Shown piece by piece: positions 1 through 11,654 of a stretch of 37,266 nucleotides of DNA. The stretch's first letter is position 1; every line of letters starts with the position of its first letter. The stretch is from contig NC_068983.1 of the NCBI RefSeq assembly GCF_001194135.2, forward strand, positions 110,589,524 to 110,626,789, in the 5' to 3' direction. The stretch is from Octopus bimaculoides (lineage: Eukaryota). A program made the position numbers and the translations under genes. Under the pieces are notes generated by a model, which was not told where the DNA came from, did not search any database, and saw only the letters and a program-made list of their open reading frames with translations.

Positions 1-154
1 ATATACGAGTGTACATGTAAGTACATATAAAGTGAGAAAGAAGGTACTAAGTCTTTCATATTAAATATCTGAGTATAATGACACGTTAAATATGAATTCA
101 TAAATATTTAGATGACAAGTGTGCGTGAGTGAATGTCTTTCAATATATGTGTAT

Positions 155-645
155 GTGTGTGTGTGTGTGAGAACATGTGTTTCTGTGTTTGTGTCTACGT
201 GTGCGTGTGTATATGCGAGTGTATGTGGGTGTGTGTATGTGTGAGTGTGTGCGTGTATATGTGAGTGTGTGCGTGTATGTGGGCCTGTGTAATAGAAAGT
301 GACCGAGAGAGACATAGAGATGTTTTTCATATTCAAGATCTTTCATTGTATACTGAAAATTCACTTTTGTGCAAATGAATTATCCACATACATATGCATC
401 TGTAGGCACAAACACTCGCACGCGCGCACACACACACACACACATACACACACACACACGCACACACACACACACATGCTTATACATATAATTAAATTGA
501 TGCAGACAGTGACACATGTATATATGAGATCAGAAATGTGTTGAATCTTTTCGTTTATACATGCGTGTGTATGCACATATAAGATATATATAATACATAC
601 ATATATATATATAAGCATACATATATGGATATACATACATATATA
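155..645. repeat. Degenerate (TG)n, (CA)n and (TA)n microsatellite cluster
   Basis: TG-rich tract at about 155-290, (CA)n at about 427-476, and TA/CATA repeats up to the gap. Confidence 0.9.
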
Positions 646-1345
646 NNNNNNNNNNNNNNNNNNNNNNNNNNNNNNNNNNNNNNNNNNNNNNNNNNNNNNN
701 NNNNNNNNNNNNNNNNNNNNNNNNNNNNNNNNNNNNNNNNNNNNNNNNNNNNNNNNNNNNNNNNNNNNNNNNNNNNNNNNNNNNNNNNNNNNNNNNNNNN
801 NNNNNNNNNNNNNNNNNNNNNNNNNNNNNNNNNNNNNNNNNNNNNNNNNNNNNNNNNNNNNNNNNNNNNNNNNNNNNNNNNNNNNNNNNNNNNNNNNNNN
901 NNNNNNNNNNNNNNNNNNNNNNNNNNNNNNNNNNNNNNNNNNNNNNNNNNNNNNNNNNNNNNNNNNNNNNNNNNNNNNNNNNNNNNNNNNNNNNNNNNNN
1001 NNNNNNNNNNNNNNNNNNNNNNNNNNNNNNNNNNNNNNNNNNNNNNNNNNNNNNNNNNNNNNNNNNNNNNNNNNNNNNNNNNNNNNNNNNNNNNNNNNNN
1101 NNNNNNNNNNNNNNNNNNNNNNNNNNNNNNNNNNNNNNNNNNNNNNNNNNNNNNNNNNNNNNNNNNNNNNNNNNNNNNNNNNNNNNNNNNNNNNNNNNNN
1201 NNNNNNNNNNNNNNNNNNNNNNNNNNNNNNNNNNNNNNNNNNNNNNNNNNNNNNNNNNNNNNNNNNNNNNNNNNNNNNNNNNNNNNNNNNNNNNNNNNNN
1301 NNNNNNNNNNNNNNNNNNNNNNNNNNNNNNNNNNNNNNNNNNNNN
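646..1345. other. Assembly gap (N run) flanked by (TA)n
   Basis: Run of N. Similar gaps at 2857-3191, 6617-6839, 13074-13200 and 35589-35711, each with (TA)n on at least one side. Confidence 0.99.
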
Positions 1346-1386
<41 letters not shown>

Positions 1387-2001
1387 TATATATACTTACA
1401 CACGTGTGTAAGTATATATCGGTGAATGTGTATATATATATATATATATATCGATATGCATACAAATAGACATATATGTGTGTGAGTGCAGGTTTATATA
1501 CCTGTATACTTATAGATCTATAAACATTTAAGTATACAAACTTTTTCGTATAGTGTATTTTTACCCACTTAAATATATCAGTTTTCTTTGTTTGCCATAA
1601 ACCTATATATCACAAAATTTACCTTTACAAATCTATGATACTGCAGATTAAAATTTTATTTTCTGCGTTTGGATAACTACAACATGAATATGCTAGCTTT
1701 TCAACCAAAAGCTAGTATGAAGTCATAGTCAGTTTGGAATCTTAAGTAGCGATTCGACTGATACTGATAAAATTTTTGTCTAATCCAATATCGTAATTTT
1801 AATATTCACACAGTGGAATGTGTGGTATATTCTTTTATTCTTTTAATGCATCCCCTCATTAGAATAGGCATGATCCAGTAAGTTGTCTAATGCATATGTT
1901 ACAACCTTGACTGAAAAGACACAGAACCATATGGGAGGAGTAAGAGAGCTGAATGAGATCGAGGGAAGTATCTTAAATATTTGGATGTTACTAACTACTA
2001 A

Positions 2002-2003
<2 letters not shown>

Positions 2004-2053
<50 letters not shown>

Positions 2054-2080
2054 GCACACAGCCACACACACATACACACA
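2004..2080. repeat. (CA)n microsatellite
   Basis: Directly visible. Confidence 0.95.
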
Positions 2081-2454
2081 GGTTTCATGATATAAATTTT
2101 ACGCAGACCCCTCTTAAATTACTGAATAATCATAAATCATCTTTTAATGATCTTCGGAAAGAAAATAGTACTAGTTTATCCAAAAAGGTATGATAATTTC
2201 AAAGAGACGGCATAAATTTCTCAATTTCTTAGAATATTGTTTCTTCTGCTCCCTCTTATAGGATTAGAAATAGAACGTACCTTTTATGTCTTGAAGAGTC
2301 TTATATAATTATGAAAATAAACGGTTCTATATTAAATTCGAGAGATGAAAGATTTCTCTTGTAAACATATGTCCGAATTTTTTTCATTAACCTTAAATAG
2401 TCTTACTGATTACCTCTTCTTCATTTTCTTATTAGTTCTTATCACACTGTTAGG

Positions 2455-3192
2455 TATATGTGTATGTATGTGTGTATGCATGTATGTATGTATGTACGTA
2501 CGTATGTATGTATGTATATATGTATGTGTGCCTGTGTGGGTATGTTTATGCTCTTGTTCTCATGTTTTTATTTGTATGTGTATGTTTATATATGTATATA
2601 TATGTATGTGTATATATATATGCATATGTGTATAGATATGCATTCGCATGTAGGTATTATGTGTATACTTGTACGTTTTTGTGTTTGCGCATGAATGTGT
2701 TTTATGTTTTTGTCTACATATGTATATACAAGTTTATAAGTGTGTATGTATGTATACGTGTTTTGTCTGTATATGGATACATTAACACGAACGCATATAC
2801 GTGTGTATATCTGTATTTATAGATGTTTATTTCTATTTGTTTTTTATACATGTTATNNNNNNNNNNNNNNNNNNNNNNNNNNNNNNNNNNNNNNNNNNNN
2901 NNNNNNNNNNNNNNNNNNNNNNNNNNNNNNNNNNNNNNNNNNNNNNNNNNNNNNNNNNNNNNNNNNNNNNNNNNNNNNNNNNNNNNNNNNNNNNNNNNNN
3001 NNNNNNNNNNNNNNNNNNNNNNNNNNNNNNNNNNNNNNNNNNNNNNNNNNNNNNNNNNNNNNNNNNNNNNNNNNNNNNNNNNNNNNNNNNNNNNNNNNNN
3101 NNNNNNNNNNNNNNNNNNNNNNNNNNNNNNNNNNNNNNNNNNNNNNNNNNNNNNNNNNNNNNNNNNNNNNNNNNNNNNNNNNNNNNNNNNNN

Positions 3193-3246
<54 letters not shown>

Positions 3247-3560
3247 CTTGCTTATGTATATGTATATGTGTGACTGTGTATGCATTTTTTGTATGCATGT
3301 ATGTCTCTTTGTATGTATTAATATGTATGTATATATGTGTGTACATGTGTGTGTATGTATGTGTGTATATGTATATATATTTATATACGACTTATGTGAA
3401 TACGTACTCCTACATTTTACTTGTCGTATCTTCCCTCACATTTGCACCCCCGTATGTGCATGTGTGAGTGTATGCACGTTTCGTGTGTGTGTATGTGTTG
3501 TGTATGTGTGTATGTATGTGTGTATGTATGTATATGTGCAAGACTGTATATCCTCATGTG
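2455..3560. repeat. Degenerate (TATG)n/(TG)n/(TA)n low-complexity region spanning a gap
   Basis: Directly visible. Source of the spurious YIYI/VCMY ORFs. Confidence 0.9.
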
Positions 3561-4698
3561 TTACGTGTATACGTTTTTTCTATGAATGGTAAGTTTATAA
3601 TAATTTTCTCCTACATATATTCGTTTTTGTTCCTATTTTTGCCGATTGTCTCCCCTACCCCGGGCTAGTTTTTGAGCAAAGTAACTCTCCTAAATACACC
3701 GGCCGGTTCTATTTGTTATCAATGTTTTTCCTTAAGTTCTCTTTGGTGTCTTCTCTGCTTGTATGTACATTTTTTTCCTTAAATATTGTTCCTTTTTTCA
3801 AATATAGTCTTGCTTATCACTTTTAGCCTCGTGTAATATATATACTTTTTCGTTTTTTATTATTAATATTTATATGTATAACATTTTATGGCTTTTTTCT
3901 GTTAGTGTACCAGTCGAGTTAGACCTTACTATACGCACGTGGCCCTGTTTACATTATATTTCGTCTCGACCTGTTACTATTTCTTCAAACTTATCCGTTA
4001 GATTTTTATTTTTATTTTTGTGTTATAGTTTACTGCACATATAGACTTGCATACACATTGATATGTCTGTCTTTTTTACTCTTTAGTCTCTCTCACTATT
4101 ATTATTACTGTTATTTTTTCCCTTTTAGAATTTGCTTGTATATATCCGATTTTCTCCTATTGCCCTATTTGTATTCTTCCTTATTGTATGTTATTTTAAT
4201 TTATTTCATTAAACTTTTTTTTGATGTCCTTCCAAAAATTCCTCGCACTGATGAGAATGACAATACATAAATTTGAATATAATTTCTATGATTATAATTT
4301 TTTCCTAGCATAATTGTATTGTTCTTTGAAAGGTGCGTATCTATTGATTCCAATCTTCTATTAAATCTAATTTTGATTCAACATCTTTTCTCCTCCACTA
4401 GTACCACCTTAAAATATCCGAGAATAACACACTAGGTTTTAGGCGATCAAAAGAAAGATAATGAATCAAAACTTTTGGTTAACCCTGTACAAGATCCTGT
4501 TTCAAGCTTAAAGGAAAAAATATTACTTACTGCTATCATCAGCATCAGTATTTCATAGCATAAATTTACGAGTATCTCAAAATATGCATGCGAGCCGTGA
4601 CGTCGCATAACCAGTACTCATCCACGTGTCGTGTGTCAAGACTATGTCTTGACACACTACTAATATAGATATGTGTGTCTATGTATGTATGTATAAAT

Positions 4699-4699
4699 G

Positions 4700-4770
<71 letters not shown>

Positions 4771-4789
4771 TTATCTATCTATCTATATA

Positions 4790-4822
<33 letters not shown>

Positions 4823-4868
4823 TTATCTATCTATCTATCGATCTATCTATCTATCTGTATTTCTATCT
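4699..4868. repeat. (TCTA)n/(TCTG)n tetranucleotide microsatellite
   Basis: Directly visible. Confidence 0.95.
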
Positions 4869-5212
4869 ATGCATACATATAATATATATAATGAGAGGAT
4901 AGGAGTAATTTATTCACGCAGGCAACGTGCCAGCTCTCAGTTATAATTCAAGGCATGGAAAACTGCATCAAGTTGTAAGGTGCACATAGGATTACTTAGA
5001 GTAATCAATCCCAAAGTAGTTCGTCTGATAGATATATGTTGTGATCGCTTTGCTGGATTATAAATACTTTATCAAGTGTATATTCTACACAATTCTAATG
5101 AATGCGGGGATTAGTACATGTGCATATTTCTTATTTCTTCACTCAATTATACAGAATATTTGATTTAAATGTGTCCGATACAGAGTTCTGCTGCAGTAGA
5201 ATTGGCGTTTAT

Positions 5213-5216
<4 letters not shown>

Positions 5217-5288
<72 letters not shown>
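5217..5288. repeat. (AG)n microsatellite
   Basis: Directly visible. Confidence 0.97.
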
Positions 5289-5292
<4 letters not shown>

Positions 5293-5829
5293 GGCGATTG
5301 TAACTGCAAAAGAAATAGGTCTCGATATCTTTGGAAACAGACGACTAAATTTCTGAAATGACGCAGGTGTGGAAGACAAACGTATAGTTCAGTGAGTTTC
5401 TGAACAAGGATTCAATACTCGCATTCGTTAATGTACGTTTAAAACAAGCATTAAGCATGGTTTAAATTTGTCAAAGCTGATATATGGTATCGCTGTTTAG
5501 AAACTTTAAGTCCTGAATATATGTGCTTTAAACCTATGTCATATATATATTAAATCCCAAAAAGAAGAACAAACACAAAGAACAGCGTGATGACGTGGGA
5601 AATGTAAAGTATTAGCAGATGCTCAGGGAAAGAAAGAAAGATGCTTTAACGTTTTGAGCATGCGCTCTTCTTCGGAAACAGAGGAAAGTCTAATAGAAGG
5701 CAAGACGGAGGAAGAATATCGCCAAAGATTCACATGAGGTTACATTTTATAATGTGTATATATATATATATATATAAGTAAATACTTGGAAATGGATGAG
5801 TGGCTTTCAATCAAATAATATAATATAAT

Positions 5830-5860
<31 letters not shown>

Positions 5861-5898
5861 TATATATATATATATATATACACATTACAAATGCATAT

Positions 5899-6512
5899 AT
5901 GAGTTCAATACGTAGAAAACGACAGAAGTAAATGGAAAACAGGACAGGTAACATAAAGAACGACCCTTCATCAGTTTTTGACTGTCTATCTACTCCTCAT
6001 TTCAAGTATTAAACGACAATATCAGTCTTCGAAGACAGTTGCTCCCAAAATAAATTGAGATTTATGATGGGTCAAAGTTGGGAACGAAAACAAGACAGTG
6101 AAGATATACAAGGAAACCGAACGGAGACAAACATGGAGGGTCGTTAGACCATAACGAGGGTAACGCTGCAGAAATATTTTCTTTGACAAGAGAAAAGATA
6201 GAAGAGAGAAATAGGATATGTCTAGTCCTTAGTAGAGTCCTTTCTCTAATACCATTTTTTCCTCCCTTCACTGTTTTTTATATCTCTCTCTCACCTCGTT
6301 CTCCTGCTCTGTCTCTCTTGTTGCTCACATGGGACCATCGTCCATGTTTCTTTTCTTCACGTTATCATCTTTATTTCCTTTAGAAGACTCATATTGTCTT
6401 TCAGTTCTCCAAATGAGGAGTAGATAGACAACCGAGAAGTGTTGAAGGGTCATTCTTTATGTTACTTGTTCTGTCTTCCATTTTTCTCTCGCTGTCTGCG
6501 TATTGAACTCAT
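5899..6512. mobile_element. Putative non-autonomous long-TIR/foldback element (about 130-bp inverted arms)
   Basis: 5899-6030 (ATGAGTTCAATACGTAGA...TGTCTATCTACTCCTCATTT...GTCTTC) is the reverse complement of 6383-6512 at roughly 80% identity by eye. No coding capacity and no clear TSD. Confidence 0.55.
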
Positions 6513-7210
6513 TTGTTTTCGTGTTTAATGTTGTTTACTGTTGTTGATGTCCTGTACCCATATATGCATATGTGTATGTATTGTGTGTATATATATACAT
6601 ACATACATACATATATNNNNNNNNNNNNNNNNNNNNNNNNNNNNNNNNNNNNNNNNNNNNNNNNNNNNNNNNNNNNNNNNNNNNNNNNNNNNNNNNNNNN
6701 NNNNNNNNNNNNNNNNNNNNNNNNNNNNNNNNNNNNNNNNNNNNNNNNNNNNNNNNNNNNNNNNNNNNNNNNNNNNNNNNNNNNNNNNNNNNNNNNNNNN
6801 NNNNNNNNNNNNNNNNNNNNNNNNNNNNNNNNNNNNNNNTATATATATACATACAATTTTATGGAATGGAATAGATAAAATCCAGGTTACAAATGTTTCA
6901 TAGCTAGTAGAACTTTCAGAGAAAGTAGTTATTAAGTAATTATCAAAACGAGGGACAATTACTACTTCCGAGGTTCTGCTAGCTATGGAACATAAGTAGC
7001 CTGGAGTTCTCTTCGCATACACAGCAACTTTTGTTGCCAACCGCAAGATATAAAACAAGTTTTTCAGGTTATCCAACTTCAATACAGGAAAAAGTTACAA
7101 CCTTCAACATCAATGAACCCCTATTATTCCTGAATGTTGTTTTTTTATAACTTGACGGACTGCTCGAATCTTACTACTTTCCTTCGCCTTCATCCTTGGA
7201 TCTTATCATT

Positions 7211-7242
<32 letters not shown>

Positions 7243-7244
7243 GA

Positions 7245-7279
<35 letters not shown>

Positions 7280-8794
7280 TGCAGGTGAGTATGGTCCTAG
7301 TATCCAAGTGTAGGATGTTAGTAAACTTCAATCAGTAGGTGCCTAGTATAGTCATCAAACCTAAATCACCACAACGAACTTTATATCACCGCAAGAATTA
7401 AACAGAGTTACCAGGCTAGCCACCAAATAATACCCAGTCTAAGGGAACACTAAAGTCACCCCCCGACCCCCAAAAAATTATTTAAGATGACCAATTAATG
7501 TTTTAGTACAAGGGTAGCACTTAAAAAAAGGTATAGAGTGGATGTGGTTTTGTAGTCAATAAGTGAGAAGAAAAAGGATAAGAAGGAAAGAAGAAAAAGA
7601 AAAGTGTTATCAGTAGGGTAACAGAGTGGGTATGTAAGGAGGCAGTAAACGTCTTATTAGAGGATATAAGAGTCGGACTGATGCAGACGGTTAGGATGTA
7701 GACGTTTAATTATATAATTGATTGAGAGATATTGATAGTAGGTTTAAGGTCATCAGGTCTCGTTAGATCAAAGGAAACTGATACACATGCATACGTATAT
7801 GTACATAGACACAGAACATATCTACATAGATACACATATACGCATGACTATATATCAAAATAGATAAACAAGTGAATGCTCATAAACATACACACACGTA
7901 CTCATACATATATGTCAGAAGAATGAGTAATATTATATGTATACACACACATACACATATACATATACATACATATACAATACGCATACCCACATATATA
8001 CACAAATATAAATATAAATATACACACATATATATTTACGCATTCACACATCGATAGTAATGAACATATCTATCTATTTATATATATAAAGGCAAGTGCC
8101 CGATGTTATTGATTGTGTTTTAGTTAGAGCTATAGCTTTGATTAAACCTGTCCAGAGTTGCCTCTCTTAAATATTTCCCATTGATAACGGCTAAAGAACC
8201 AGAAACGCCCCTGAGAATCCGATAAAGGACAGAATTGGATGGATATGCTTTCCTTTACGGAAACTGCAGTGAATTTGCCATTAGAGGTTGAAATATGTCA
8301 CAAACTTATTTTAACTAACCAAAATTTCGCGCGCGCGCGCACACACACATATATATATAGATATATACACACACACACAAATGATACATACACATATATG
8401 CAGAGCTATACACACATACAACTATATATAAACAGAACGAGAGTGATAGAGCAGCCAAGAGAGAAACAGACAGATACGGACGCACACACAAATTTGTATA
8501 TATACACATACACTTATATATACATATATATACATTGAAAGGGTATAGATAAGGTAATAAGGAGATATATGAGAAAATATATTAGGAAATATATTAGAAA
8601 ATACACCGAATTTAAAATTTAATAAGAATACATACACTCATACATACATACATATATGCATGCATATATACATATACATACATGCATTCGTACATAGGTA
8701 TCTAGGGTGATTAATTGATATATATAAAATTAGAATGTATTGCATAATCGATTATAGCTCAATAGACTTCTCGTTAACTTATGTAAACTTTATA

Positions 8795-9445
8795 TTACAT
8801 AATAGCTATGATATCAGCAATGCAGGGTGTGCACTTGTTATACGCGCTAGATGATCTAGGATGTTTATCGATAGACCATTTGATACTATAATCTATAGAA
8901 TTTCTTTTTAAATTATGGTTAAGTGTAGACAAAGGAGTAAAATTAACTTCAGCCTCCAACCTAGGGCAGTTGTTGTTCAATTTTCGGTGATGAGAGTTCT
9001 TTGCGTAAGACTTACATACTGAAATTCAGCTACGTGGAAGTATGGATGCGTCTGACTCAATCCAATCTGTGTATATCTCAGCATATTTATTGCATTTGTA
9101 AGCCTTCCAAAAATTCCGTTTACATATACTATGATGTTTTTTTCCATGTCATCCAAACTTTTCCTTTTCGATAGGCTTCGTTTTTTCAAATTTGTTTAGT
9201 GAAGTTCTTGTATCCGTGTTGGCTGTGTTAGGCTTTATTTTGATAGGGTCTCAGATAAATCCTTGATTACTAAATGTAGAGCTGTACATATATCTTTCTT
9301 CTCTGTCGATTGTTTTTCCAGTTCCTGTAGGATAGTTGTTTGTGCTTCCATTATTGAGATAAGTATTGATAATTTGCATGGAATCTCTTTTAAGATCGAA
9401 TCCCAATTCTGTGGGTCCCGCTCGTTGTTTACCGGGCATATGGAT
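8795..9445 (-). mobile_element. Penelope-like retroelement fragment (RT C-terminus/linker plus GIY-YIG endonuclease), degraded
   Basis: Minus-strand peptides KNIIVY...YTQIGLSQT (GIY-YIG halves) and SIDYSIKWSIDKHPRSSSAYNKCTPCIADIIAI resemble the C-terminus of Penelope endonucleases. Frameshifted. Confidence 0.65.
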
Positions 9446-9525
9446 ATGAAAGATGATCTCTATAACTGGCTGAAGTCCTTCATTTTCGGTCCTTCTAAGA
9501 CATCATTCTTCACTCTACGATTCTA

Positions 9526-10013
9526 TGATGCAAATTCTAAGTGTCGACGTAACATTGTCATATACAGTTTTAAACAGATAGCTGGAGAACGGCTGACAAA
9601 GATCTTACTGAGTGATACTAGGATACCCTCAGCCTTCTTGACAATCTTAGGGAAGTGGTTCGTCCAACGGAGATCACTGTTTACAATAATATCCAGATCA
9701 TGTTGGCTAGAAGAATTCTTGAGATTGGTGTTGATGAGGGAGTATGTAATGGTTGGGTTTTCCCTCTCAAAGAGCATGGTGAGGCACTTGTTCTCAGCTT
9801 GCTTGTTTTGCCAGTCAGAGATCCATTGCTGCATTGTGTCCAGGTTTGATTGCAAGAAATATTTGTAGTGCATAGGATCTGTTCATTTCATTTCGAGGTA
9901 CAGCTTGATGTCATCTGCATATGTCAACACTGTAACATTCCTCAAGATGGCATCTGTGTCATTAATGTATGTAACAAACAGTAGGGGTCCAAGAACGGAT
10001 CCTCGTGGTACAC
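9526..10013 (-). mobile_element. CR1/L2-group LINE RT segment (inverted 5' part)
   Basis: VPRGSVLGPLLFVTYIND and TYADDIKLY (RT core motifs), then DLDIIVNSDLRW..H..KIVKKA...KLYMTMLRRHLEFAS. Confidence 0.9.
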
Positions 10014-10446
10014 TTAAAATTTGCATCACCAGTCTAGAACCACGATCTTGCTCTGCATATAAATCGTTTGGAAACTGTTCAGAAACGTGCAGCAAAACGA
10101 ATACCCATCGTCAGATATCTACCGTACTCTGAAAGTTTTGCTTCCCTGAGCATGGACACATTGAATCTCAGACGCCTAGCAACTGACTTGGTAGACACGC
10201 ACAAGATAACCCACCATCTTTCCAGTAACAACCTTGGACACCTTTTTGAAGTACATATGTCAAACACTCGTGGACATGTTCACAAAATCAAAAAAATAAC
10301 ACAGCACCCATGCCTTTTGGGAACATTTTTTCACGCTCAGAGTTGTTGAAGCATGGAATAAACTACCTGCATCAGTCGTTAGCTGTCGAGACACTACATC
10401 CTTTAAAACTTCCATGCTTCCTGAAATCCGTCAACAGTGCACCTAA
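10010..10446 (+). mobile_element. CR1/L2-group LINE ORF2 C-terminus (sense 3' part); 3' UTR probably continues to about 10900
   Basis: HLKFASPV*NH...NRLETVQKRAAKRIP..YLPYSE...L..RRLATDL...SNTRGH, then after a frameshift RVVEAWNKLPASVV. Stop at 10444-10446. Confidence 0.88.
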
Positions 10447-11232
10447 AGGCTTTTTCTTCTTCTTAGTTGTAGAACACCTGAGCACTGTATACAACAATTT
10501 ATTTCAAATTATCAGCATATATATCTATGCATACACATGTCCAGGCCGATAACCCCATGATTATATATCCCATCTAACCGCATATCTTCGCCTCCCTAGA
10601 CGTGAGTGCACACGTGCACACATACATCCATGTACGTACACTTCTCCTGTCATGTCCTCACACCACTAATGCTGTTACGACTATTATGGCAAATATCACT
10701 CATACTTGTATTCACAAATAGGAAAAGCATGAATATATATATACATACATCCGTCTGTGTGGGCTCTGCAGTGACAACCATGACTTTGAGACTCAGTCTC
10801 AACTCATGACTCGCCACTTTATTGTAGTATATGGATTACTTCTTGACTGACTATTACTTCCTATGATTGTATACCTTTTGTGTTCTACACATTGCCTTTA
10901 ATCAGCCACATATATAATTATGCTTATTTTACTGATGATATTGCATTTCGTTTTTACATTTCGCTTTTACGTTAATAAAATCGTTTCTCATTTGAAATAA
11001 ATATGCTTTGAAATGAAGTTCAGCTGCTTTTCATTGGGTTTTAGCGACTGCCTTTTGCGCTGTGCCTACTTTCGTGTGGAGGCTTACATTTTATTGCTGA
11101 AATAACTTGCTTTATTAACATTTGTATATTATAAATATTTAGTTATTTGTTTATACTGTCTAGTTTGTTAAGATCAAAATTACTTTCAGAACTAGGTTAT
11201 TTTTTCTTTAGATATTGTGCATATACTAATAA

Positions 11233-11654
11233 ATGTTACCCAGGCGTGCTTCTGTAGGTAAGCTTTGGACGTAAGCTTTGAACAGTAGAAATATGCAAAA
11301 TATGCCTCAATATTGACGCATAATCATTTGTGGCCCATGATAACAATTCATTTTAGTTTTGTAGTCATGTCCAATTTTGTGTGTACATTGTAATCATTCA
11401 TTACATGTTATCATTGGTTTATTTCTCTGCTGATGGATTTTGCATATTCTGTTGTATTTAAAAAAATAAATCCAGAGTATGAATTCTCTATTTAACGTCG
11501 GATCAAGTACTATCTGTTACATTTTGTTTGAATTTTATTAAATTTTTGTCTCTCAGGGATCGTTGTTCTTATCACACTCATCGCCTTCGGATGGCCACAT
11601 ATACAAGCATTCATACTTATACTAAACCAAATGACAAAATGTTATACAACTTAG
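11233..11654 (+). CDS. Candidate two-exon small secreted/membrane peptide, join(11233..11257,11557..11654), 40 aa
   Basis: Acceptor TTTTTTCTTTAG at 11211, ATG at 11233 preceded by in-frame TAA TAA, donor TAG|GTAAGC at 11258, acceptor TTTTTGTCTCTCAG at 11556. The phase-1 join gives MLPRRASVGIVVLITLIAFGWPHIQAFILILNQMTKCYTT*. No homology recognised. Confidence 0.3.

Noticed and set aside
61-3668. Long ORFs rich in YI/VC/HT or X
   Set aside because: Translations of dinucleotide and tetranucleotide repeats and N gaps, with no coding signature.
5340-5745. CRE-like (TGACGT) and GCATGCGC motifs with a short ORF MRSSSETEES...
   Set aside because: Short motifs are expected by chance, the ORF is about 25 codons and the donor is weak. 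A promoter cannot be supported from sequence alone.
6845-7082. About 75-codon open minus-strand frame (KLDNLKNLFYILRLATKVAVYAKRTPGYL...)
   Set aside because: No recognisable motif and no convincing splice donor. It runs into a TA repeat and gap, and the length is attainable by chance.
8200-8240. CTGAGAA-TCC-GATAAA-GGA-CAGAA hammerhead-like string, and similar strings near 7676-7710 and 37005-37040
   Set aside because: Core nucleotides are wrong in several positions and no stem I/III pairing or NUH triplet was found.
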